Positions 42,410 through 50,900 of a DNA stretch of 64,000 bases are shown here, piece after piece. The DNA is from Candidatus Eiseniibacteriota bacterium. GTDB lineage: Bacteria > Eisenbacteria > RBG-16-71-46 > SZUA-252. The notes beneath the pieces were generated by a model. The model worked only from the letters and a program-made list of their open reading frames with translations. It was not told the origin of the DNA and did no database searches. Numbering within the stretch: position 1 is the stretch's first letter; each line of letters starts with the position of its first letter. The stretch lies in the NCBI GenBank assembly GCA_963703225.1, contig OY969801.1, forward strand, positions 1,856,001 through 1,920,000, given 5' to 3'. Position numbers and translations under genes: made by a program.

Positions 42410-44525
42410 CCGGAGTCCCCTTCTCTGGCCCATCCGCAGGGGGGGCTTCATCCCCGACCACCGCCTCGGCCGCCGCCGCGACGGATTCCGCCCGCCACTC
42501 CCGCCTCAGCTGAACGCCCCTCGGGAGCCACAGAAGCGTGTGGATCCCTCCGATCGTGAACGTGCCAACCAGAAGCGCAACCATGCCCCAGAACGTCCAG
42601 AACAGGAGCGGGTACTTTTTCGGGTCATTGTGCGTCGCGTGCGTGAGGTAGCCGGCGAAGCGGCTCGTGGCACCCTCGTGGCACTTGCGACAGGTCTGGA
42701 CCACGTGCTTCCCACTCAGGTGTGAGCCGGGGTCGGACACCCTGAGGATGTCATGGGAGCCGTGGCAATCGTAGCACTTGGCGGTTTTCGTGTACCCCAG
42801 CTGCGACACCTTGCCGTGATACGTATCGAAGTAGGTCTTCGCGATCTCTTCGTGGCACCGACCGCACTTCCCCATGATCTCGAGCTTGAATCCCGTCGCG
42901 TCGGTCCGGCTGATCGTGTGGGCGGTGTGGCAGTCGCTGCAGACCGGAAGCTCCTTCTTGGTCTTCCCGGCCTGAGTGGCGTGGACGCTCCGGCGGAACT
43001 GCTCCTCGATTCCGTGGTGGCATCGGCCGCACGTGGTAGGAATGTTGTTTCGATTCACGCTCGAAACGGGATTGTCCTTGGGCAGGACGCCGTGGGCCGT
43101 GTGGCAGCTCGTGCACATCGCGGTCACGGTGAGGCCGCTCTTCATCAGCCCCAGCCCATGGATGCTCTCAACGTAGTGCTGAACGATGTCGTGCTGGCTG
43201 CCCTTGTACCGCTTGGCCGCCTTCTCCCCCTCGCGATGGCAGCGCGCGCAGAGACGGGGAACGTTAATGGGGAACGTGGCCGATGAGGGATCCGCCTTCC
43301 CCAGGATCCCATGCGTGCCGTGACACTCCACGCAGGTTGGCGCCTCCGGATCGCGCTTCGCCGTGAGCTCCCCATGCCTACTATCCCGGTACTGGCGCCC
43401 GATGTCGGCATGGCATGAGGAGCAGTCGACTTTGTGTGTGATGGTCTCGCAGGGGCGATGGCGGGACGCGGTTACCTCCGCGTGGCACTGACTGCATGAG
43501 ATCTTCTCGTGCCGCGAGCCGCTCAATTCCTCGGCGCGAACGTGGAGAGAGCGCCCGTCTGCGCTCGACCTAAGTCCGGGGTCGGCATGGCAACGCATGC
43601 AGTCCTTGTCCGCCATTCCCTCGGCGTAGAAGACCTTCCTCGCCTTGTGCGGCTGATGGCAGTCGACGCAGGCGGGAAGAACGCGCACTTCCTTCCCCCA
43701 TAGCTCGCTCTTGATGACCTTCCGGTGGACCTGCTCGATCTCGGCGTGGCACTTCATGCAGGTGCGGGCGATGTTCCTGCGGGCAATGGAGGAGGCCGGG
43801 TCGGTGTAGGGAAGGATCGAGTGGGAGGTGTGGCAAGAGGCGCAGTTGGCCGCGACGATCAGCCCTCTCTGGAGAAGTGCCTCGCCGTGGATATTTTCCG
43901 AGAAATTCTCAAGGATGAGATCTTGGCCAATGGCCCGCTGGCGCTGGATCGGCGCGCCCTCCTGATGGCACTTCCCGCAGAGGAACGCGATGCGAAGCGG
44001 GAAAATCGGAGACCGCGAGTCCCCTGCGGGCAACACGTCGTGCGTCCCGTGGCAGTCCTTGCAGCGCGGTGCGCGAGGATCTCCGCGCGCGATGGCCTGG
44101 CCGTGGAGGGACTTCGCATGCTCGGCCAAGACCGCCTCATGACATTTCCCGCACTGAACCGGGGTGATCTCGGCTTTGTGCGGGTCGGACTCCGGATCGA
44201 AGCCGATGTGACACTCGACGCAGGCAAGTTTTGCGTGGGCGGATTCCTTCAGGGTGGCGGGCTTCACGTAGAGCGAAACGGTCTTCCCGCCTCGCTCCAT
44301 CGTGATGCTGTCGTCATCATGGCACTCAAGGCAATCCTGGCTGGTCGGCGTCTGGGCGCCCGCGGGCGCCGCAAGCGAGGCGAGTAACAGCCCGGCCACG
44401 ACCGCCGCCGAGCGCATCCGGCCGGCCGCAACCCATGGTCCGCCGAACGTCGCAGCTTGCAGGGCCCTCCGCACGCCGGCGGCCCGGGGCTCCCCTCTCG
44501 ACGCGCGTCCGCACGTAAAGCTCAT
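42399..44525 (-). CDS. 19-heme cytochrome c with C-terminal TM anchor (CbcL periplasmic-domain-like)
   Basis: 19 CxxCH with recurring S-x-H-G motifs; signal peptide (alternative start 44417); C-terminal TM; overlaps the cytochrome b start. Confidence 0.92.
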   Translation of the reverse strand: MSFTCGRASRGEPRAAGVRRALQAATFGGPWVAAGRMRSAAVVAGLLLASLAAPAGAQTPTSQDCLECHDDDSITMERGGKTVSLYVKPATLKESAHAKLACVECHIGFDPESDPHKAEITPVQCGKCHEAVLAEHAKSLHGQAIARGDPRAPRCKDCHGTHDVLPAGDSRSPIFPLRIAFLCGKCHQEGAPIQRQRAIGQDLILENFSENIHGEALLQRGLIVAANCASCHTSHSILPYTDPASSIARRNIARTCMKCHAEIEQVHRKVIKSELWGKEVRVLPACVDCHQPHKARKVFYAEGMADKDCMRCHADPGLRSSADGRSLHVRAEELSGSRHEKISCSQCHAEVTASRHRPCETITHKVDCSSCHADIGRQYRDSRHGELTAKRDPEAPTCVECHGTHGILGKADPSSATFPINVPRLCARCHREGEKAAKRYKGSQHDIVQHYVESIHGLGLMKSGLTVTAMCTSCHTAHGVLPKDNPVSSVNRNNIPTTCGRCHHGIEEQFRRSVHATQAGKTKKELPVCSDCHTAHTISRTDATGFKLEIMGKCGRCHEEIAKTYFDTYHGKVSQLGYTKTAKCYDCHGSHDILRVSDPGSHLSGKHVVQTCRKCHEGATSRFAGYLTHATHNDPKKYPLLFWTFWGMVALLVGTFTIGGIHTLLWLPRGVQLRREWRAESVAAAAEAVVGDEAPPADGPEKGTPDEP

Positions 44526-44975
44526 GTCGGGGGTCTCTTGAATCCGGCTCGGGCGGGCCCAACGCAAAACAGGTTGGCCCCGCCGGCCAGTTGGACCCGC
44601 TGGGTCCCAGTGTCACGCGCCCATTCGGCTGGACCGGACGCACCTCCGGAAATACTATCGGCTGGTGCGCGCCGAAGAAACTAGGATACGGCGGGAGCAC
44701 CGGATACCGTACTTTAGTAAGCAGTCGAATCGGTGCGCAACGCAAAAGGTTCTTTGTAGGGCCGAAGGGCACGTGGACCATGGGATCACTATCAGTGGCC
44801 CACAGGTACCAGAAAACACCCGATCAGGGATACGAAGCGGGGCGCTGACAGCGGCAGGTGCTACCTTGGGCCCATTCGCCGTACATCCAGGGCGCCCTTT
44901 GTTTCCGGCGCACCTGGCTCGAAGATAGGTATGTTCTAGAGGGGGTTTGTTCCACACGGACTCGGGAGGTGCCAG

Positions 44976-45608
44976 ATGAGACGGACAGTAACGGTAATGC
45001 TAGCGGCTCTGCTGATTGCGGCCGTCAGCGGGGTTTCATCCGCGGATGACGCCGCCACGGCGGCGGAGGCGCCAGGGAAGGTGATCTTCCTCAAGAACTC
45101 CTGCAACTCATGCCACACAATCGCGGGGCAGGGAATCGCCAAGAAACCGTCCACAGCCGAGGGAGAAGCCACCGCCACCAAAGAGGCCACCACGAACAAG
45201 GAAGCCTCTACCACCAAGGAAGCCTCTACCACCAAGGAAACCGCTACCACCAAAGAAACCGCTACCACCAAGGAAACCGCTGCGACCACGGAGGGAGCTG
45301 CGGCAGGCACTGACAAGAGGAAGCCTCCCGATCTCTCCGCCGTCGGCCTTGAGCGCGAAGCCGATTGGATTGCGAAGTACCTCCAGAAGCTGGAAGTGAT
45401 CAAAGAGAAGAAGCACATGAAGAAGTTCAAGGGCACCGACGAGGAGCTGACGCAGCTCGCCGCCTGGCTCGCGGCGCAGAAGGACGCCGAGGCGTCAAAG
45501 AAGGCGAGCGAGGCCAGCTTGAAGGAAGAGACTCAGAAGGAGGGAACGAAGGAAGACGCAGCGGCCGGCACGACGGAGGAAACGAAGAAGGGCGAAGCGA
45601 CGAAGTAG
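44976..45608 (+). CDS. Secreted mono-heme cytochrome c with internal tandem repeat
   Basis: GGAGG SD, signal peptide, CNSCH, PPDLS, KKHM; Lys/Glu/Thr-rich insert and tail. Confidence 0.85.
   Translation: MRRTVTVMLAALLIAAVSGVSSADDAATAAEAPGKVIFLKNSCNSCHTIAGQGIAKKPSTAEGEATATKEATTNKEASTTKEASTTKETATTKETATTKETAATTEGAAAGTDKRKPPDLSAVGLEREADWIAKYLQKLEVIKEKKHMKKFKGTDEELTQLAAWLAAQKDAEASKKASEASLKEETQKEGTKEDAAAGTTEETKKGEATK
45174..45281 (+). repeat. 18-bp coding tandem repeat, 6 copies
   Basis: Consensus accaccaaggaa(gcctct/accgct) = TTKE(AS/TA). Confidence 0.93.
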
Positions 45609-45692
45609 GCATCGGTGTCTTGTTGCGCTCGATTCAGCTGCGGACCCGGAGTCGGTGGACACCGGGTCCGTCGTGCTATACGCCCAGCGGTA

Positions 45693-46499
45693 TTAGCGTG
45701 AAGTGGTCGGCCGATCCGTCAGGAGAAGAGGATTTCGGACGACGTAGATCCCAATCTGAAGACGGTCTTGAAGACCCAGCTTTCCAAGGATGTGCCCCAC
45801 GTGCTTCTTCACCGTCGGCTCGCTGATTCCGAGGGCCTGGGCGATTTCCTTGTTCGACCGTCCGTCGGAAATCAGGTCCGCCACGTGGAGCTCTCGCGTG
45901 GAAAGCGTGCGCGACCCGCGAGAAGCGTCCGTGCCTTGGGCGCGCTTCACCATCGCCGACGCCGTGCGCGGCTCGTACCAGGCGTTCCCCTGAGCCACCG
46001 CGCGCACGGCCTGGTAGAGCTGCTCCGGCTCGGCGTCGCGCCGCAGCGCCCCAAGCGCGCCCTCCGCGACGGCCAGCTGGAGGCAATCGGTGTGGATGCC
46101 GCAGCCTGTGGGGGTGAGCGGAATCCCTTGGTGGTTCGCACGAGGCGGGCTCAATACGAGGCAGTGGTCGGTCCCCCGCTCCGCCAAAGCGATGATGCGG
46201 GTGGAAGGCGACGCCGCTTGGACAGCCGAGATCGCTGTGGCCCCCTCCTGCACCGGAAGTCGGATGGAGAGGATGAGCACCTCGGCGCGAAAGCGTCGGC
46301 AGCGCTCGGCCGCCTCGGGAGCGCTCGCCGCTTCCCCTACGACTTTGAAATCGGATTGGGATTCCAGAAGGCGGACGAGACCAATGCGGTCAATCGGCTG
46401 GTCGTCTGCGACGACGATGCGGATCGGCCGTGTCGCCCGTCCCGCGGCCGGCCCGACTCGAGAACCAGCGCGCGGAGCCCGCGTGCGCTTGCTCGGCAT
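45693..46499 (-). CDS. NarL/LuxR-family regulator with atypical receiver domain
   Basis: IRIVVADD receiver start; LSTRELHVADLISDGRSNKEIAQALGISEPTVKKHV HTH; ATG 46499 has GGAGG. Confidence 0.9.
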   Translation of the reverse strand: MPSKRTRAPRAGSRVGPAAGRATRPIRIVVADDQPIDRIGLVRLLESQSDFKVVGEAASAPEAAERCRRFRAEVLILSIRLPVQEGATAISAVQAASPSTRIIALAERGTDHCLVLSPPRANHQGIPLTPTGCGIHTDCLQLAVAEGALGALRRDAEPEQLYQAVRAVAQGNAWYEPRTASAMVKRAQGTDASRGSRTLSTRELHVADLISDGRSNKEIAQALGISEPTVKKHVGHILGKLGLQDRLQIGIYVVRNPLLLTDRPTTSR

Positions 46500-46542
46500 G
46501 CGAGGCCTCCCTTCTGGACCACTTCGCGTGGCTACGCCCATC

Positions 46543-46622
46543 ATCCCCCATTGGGGTAACGAAGTACCTTATATTCTACTATGTCATATTCATCGGCCGC
46601 TGTCAGTACTCCAATGGGAGTA
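46543..46622. promoter_or_regulatory. Two 16-bp NarL-like 7-2-7 inverted-repeat sites
   Basis: TACTCCAATGGGAGTA (46607-46622, +) and TACCCCAATGGGGGAT (46558-46543, -). Confidence 0.55.
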
Positions 46623-46687
46623 TGTTGGACTGGGGCCCGAGACGGACCGCGTTGGGTTCGGGCCCTCCAAAAATGCGAGGTGGCCCC

Positions 46688-46828
46688 ATGGTAGTAAGAG
46701 TGAAGTATGCGATTGTCTTTGTGAGCGACATGAAGCGGGCGGTTTCCTTCTATCGTGATGAGATTGGACTGCCTCTAAACCCCGATGGGCTCGCGATATC
46801 GGTCGGAGAGACACCGCAAGGCACCTGA
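46688..46828 (+). pseudogene. Internally deleted VOC/glyoxalase gene
   Basis: GAGGT SD; N-terminus KYAIVFVSDMKRAVSFYRDEIGLPL joined directly to a C-terminal NPDGLAISVGE; 46 aa. Confidence 0.65.
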
Positions 46829-46830
46829 AA

Positions 46831-47778
46831 GTGCCGCCCGAGAGCCGAATGCCAAGCCTGAAGCTCCTCGATGCGATCGGCAACACTCCCCTGATCCAAC
46901 TCCGCCACGTCGTGCCGGCAGGATCCGCCCGCGTGGTTGCGAAACTGGAATCGACGAACCCCACGGGGAGCATGAAAGATCGCATGGCCCGGGCACTGAT
47001 CGAGCGCGCCGCCGTAGACGGACGGCTCTCACCGGGAGATACGGTCGTCGAATACACGTCCGGGACGTCGGGCATCTCCCTGGCCCTTGTGTGCGCGGCG
47101 CTTGGGTACCAGACGCACTTTGTCTTTTCCGACGCCTTCAGTGAAGAGAAGCGCTACACGATGCTCGCCTTTGGGGCCAAGATTACGGATGTGCCGAGCG
47201 ACAACAAGAAGATCACCGAGCAGCTGATCAAGACGATGATCCGTACCGCGGAGAAGATCGGCCGCCAGGCAGGACACTGGTCGTGCGACCAGTTGAGCAA
47301 CCGGGACGGCGAGGCGGGCTACCACCCGCTCGGTGAGGAGATCTGGCGGCAAGCCGGCCAGCGCGTGGATGCCTTCGTACAGGCCGTAGGAACGGCGCAC
47401 TGCATCCACGGTACGGCCCACGCGTTGCGGCGCCGCAATCCACAAGTGCGGGTCTTCGCCGTCGAGCCCGCTGAGTCCGCCGTGCTCTCGGGCAAACCGT
47501 CGGGGGCCCATAGGATCGAAGGGATCGGGATTGGCTTCATTCCGCCCTTGTGGAGGCCCGACGAAGTCGATGAGATCCTCACGGTGTCCACGGAAGCGGC
47601 CAAAGGCATGGCCCGGCGTTTGGCGCGGGAGGAAGCAATCTTCGCCGGAACGTCAACGGGGGCGAACGTGATCGCGGCAATCCGTGTGGCGGAGAGGTTG
47701 GGTCCCAAGGCGACGGTCGCCACCATCGTGGTGGACTCTGGGCTCCGCTACCTCAGCACAGACGTGTTCCGGCCTTAA
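46831..47778 (+). CDS. PLP-dependent cysteine synthase family protein
   Basis: IGNTPL, KLESTNPTGSMKDR, HRIEGIG, DSGLRYLST. Confidence 0.9.
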   Translation: MPPESRMPSLKLLDAIGNTPLIQLRHVVPAGSARVVAKLESTNPTGSMKDRMARALIERAAVDGRLSPGDTVVEYTSGTSGISLALVCAALGYQTHFVFSDAFSEEKRYTMLAFGAKITDVPSDNKKITEQLIKTMIRTAEKIGRQAGHWSCDQLSNRDGEAGYHPLGEEIWRQAGQRVDAFVQAVGTAHCIHGTAHALRRRNPQVRVFAVEPAESAVLSGKPSGAHRIEGIGIGFIPPLWRPDEVDEILTVSTEAAKGMARRLAREEAIFAGTSTGANVIAAIRVAERLGPKATVATIVVDSGLRYLSTDVFRP

Positions 47779-47979
47779 TTACGACGCCCTCGGGGTAACG
47801 GTCTTGAGGAAGCTCATCGGAACACGCAGAGGTGGCTGGACCGGCCCGCGTCAAGCAGGGAGCCTGTCTTTAGCTCACGCGGTGAGGGCCCTGCTGCCCC
47901 ATCCCTGCTAAGATGATTTGGTCGCCTCGATAGGGGGCCGCGGGCTCTCCGCGGTCCGTTCCGAAAGGACTAAAGGCTC

Positions 47980-50900
47980 TTGGCAGGGACCCTCGTCACG
48001 CCGCCGCGTGCTGCATCGCGACCTGTCGCTGTCTCACTCCCGCTGATCGGGCTCCACTCCAGCCCCCTGCACGGTGAGCTCCTCGGCGTCGAGCGGCTGG
48101 AGGAGCGCGCCCGGGCGCTGGCCGCGGGGTTCACACTCTCGCGAAACCCGCGGCGCGGTCCCCCAACGCTGCTGCGCCGACTCACGGAGGACACGCGCGC
48201 GCTCCGCAACGCGTATCACGTCCTGGCCGGCGACGTGCGACGTGGCGAGCCGATTGCGCCCGCCGCCGAGTGGCTGCTCGACAATTTCCACCTGGTGGAA
48301 GGCGAGATCCGCGAGATCCGCCACCACCTCCCGACCCGCTACTACCTCGAGCTCCCCAAGCTGGCCACTCGCGAGCTCGCCGGGACGGCCCGCGTCTACG
48401 CCATGGCCGTCGAGCTGCTCCGCTACAGCGACGCGCGTCTCGACGCCCAGCGGCTGAACCGGTTCATCTACGCCTATCAGACCGTCGCGCCGCTCACAAT
48501 CGGCGAGCTGTGGGCGTGGCCCAGCATGCTCAAGCTCGCGCTGATCGAGCACCTGCGCCGGCTCTCCGAGGAATTGATCGAGAGCCGCGCGGGTCGCCTC
48601 GAGGCGGATCGATGTTTCGCCGACTTCGAGAGCGCGCGAGACGAGCGGCCGCCTGCCGCTTCTTCCGCGGAGTCTCCACGTCGCGTTCGTGGACCAACTG
48701 CTGCAGCGAATGCGCGAGTACGGCGCCGGCGCCGCGGGGCTGCAGGAAGCAGCTGGAGGAGCGGCTGGATGCCGCCGGGACCACGGTGGAGGAGGCCGTG
48801 CGCGCCGAGCATCAGCGACAGGCGATGAACCATCTCTCGATGGGCAATTCCATCACCAGCCTCAGGCTGTGCGCCACGCTCGATTGGAACGAGTACGTCG
48901 AAGGCGTCAGCCTGATCGAGCAGATCCTGCAGCGCGACCCGCCCGGCGTCTACGGCCGCATGGAATTTCAAGAGCCGCGATCGCTACCGTCACGCGGTGG
49001 AGGCGCTGGCGGACCCGACCGGCGAGGCCCAGGTGAGGGTCGCACTGCGCGCCATCGAGAGCGCGCGGCAGGCGGCGGAACAACTCGGCACCGATTCCAG
49101 AGCGGCGCACGTGGGCTACCACCTGATCGGACCCGGCCGCCGCGGACTGGAGAGCGACGTTGCCCACCATCCCCCGGCTGCGGCACCGCCTCAAGCGGCT
49201 GCGTGTTCGAGCACGCCACGCCGATCTATCTTGGGCTCGCTCGCGCTCCTCACCGGGCTCGGGGTGACCGTCGCGGTGGCGGCGGCGGGAGTCGTCGCAG
49301 GCGCCGCGGTCGACGTGGATCTGGGTGGCCGCCCTCGCGCTGATCCCCGCCAGCGAGTTCGCGGTCGCACTCATGCACCGCATGGTCCACCGGATCGCCA
49401 GACCGTGGCCGCTGCCGCGACTCGACCTGCGCGGCGGCGTGCCGGAACACGCTCGCACCATGGTGATCGTGCCCACCCTCATTTCGTCGGTCGAGGGCGC
49501 CAGGGCTCTAGCCGAGCGCCTCGAGGTGCATGCGCTCGGCAACATGGACCCGCACATTCACTTCGCGCTGCTCACCGACTTTCCCGGACGCTGCCGTCCG
49601 AGCACCTTCCGGGCGAGGACGAGGTGCTCGCCGCGGCGGTCGCGGCGATCGAGACGCTCAACGCGCGCTACGCGCCCGGCACGGCCGACCGGTTCTACCT
49701 CTTCCATCGCGCACGCCGCTGGAACGGCGAGCGAGGGCGTGTGGATGGGCTGGGAGCGCAAGCGCGGCAAGATCGAGGAGTTCAACCGGCTGCTGCGGGG
49801 CGCCACCGACACCAGCTTCACCGTGCGGGTGGGCGACCCCGAGATCCTGCCGCGCATCCGCTACTGCATCACGCTCGACAGTGACACCCGCCTGCCGCGC
49901 GACGCGGCGCGGCAGCTGATCGGCGTGATCGAGCACCCGCTCAATCGCCCGCGCTTCGATCACGCGCTTCGCCGCGTCGTCGAGGGCTACGGAATCCTCC
50001 AGCCCCGGGTCAGCGTCACCATGGCGAGCGCGGCCGGCTCGCTGTTCGCACGCGCCTACGCCGGGCACACCGGCATCGATCCCTACACGACCGCGGTTTC
50101 CGACACCTACCAGGACCTGTTCGCGCGAGGGCATCTTCACCGGCAAGGGGCTCTACGACGTGGACGCCTTCACCGCCGCGCTCGAGGGCCGCGTGGCGGA
50201 GAACGCCATGCTCTCGCACGACCTGTTCGAGGGTCTGTTCGCGCGCTGCGCGCTGGTCTCGGACATCGAGGTGGTGGACGACTTTCCCTCGAGCGTTCTC
50301 GCGCACGCGCGGCGCCAGCACCGCTGGGTGCGCGGCGACTGGCAGATCCTGTTCTGCCTGCTGCCGGTGACGCCCACGCGGCACGGCTTCGAGCGCACCC
50401 GGCTGCCGCTGATCAGCCGCTGGAAGATTCTCGACAATCTGCGCCGCAGCCTGCTGGCCCCGGCGCTCGTGGCGATGCTGGCCTCGGCGTGGATCTGGCT
50501 CCCGGGCTCGCCGCTCGCCTGGACCCTGGCGACGCTCGCGGTGCTCGGCTTCCCGCTGATTCCGCCGCTGGTGCACTTCGCCGGCGGCCCGCGCCCCCAG
50601 CAGCCGTTCGGCGTGTTCCTGCACGACGTGTGGGCGGAAGCTGGAGACGGCTGGCGCGCAGGTGCTTGCTCCAGATCGTCCTGCTCCCCTACCACGCCTT
50701 CGAGATGCTGCACGCCATCGTCCTGTCGCTGGTCCGGATGGTGATCACCCAGCGCCGGCTGCTCGAGTGGGAGACCGCCGCCGCGACCGCGGCGCGAGCC
50801 GCGGGGCTGCTCGCGCGTCAGGGCCCGCGCGTCTTCATCGCCGAGATGTGGGCGGGCCCGGCGGCCGCCCTGCTCTTGCTGCTGGGAGTGGTGCCGCTCC

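Noticed and set aside
6164..42559. Long antisense and alternate-frame ORFs (e.g. 6164-7819, 11867-13609, 17102-18811, 23318-25447, 40958-42559)
   Set aside because: Shadow ORFs of well-supported genes in high-GC DNA; Arg/Pro/Gly-rich with no motifs.
44680..44935. Repeated GGATAC/AGGTA words in the multiheme/cytochrome c divergent spacer as regulator sites
   Set aside because: Too short and irregularly spaced; no convincing match to the 16-bp site near the regulator.
45174..45281. CRISPR array
   Set aside because: Contiguous 18-bp in-frame coding repeats without spacers; no cas genes or repeat-spacer array seen in the window.
46562..46590. dif-like XerCD site
   Set aside because: Only a partial XerD arm (CTATGTCATAT) and no XerC arm; better explained as promoter DNA.
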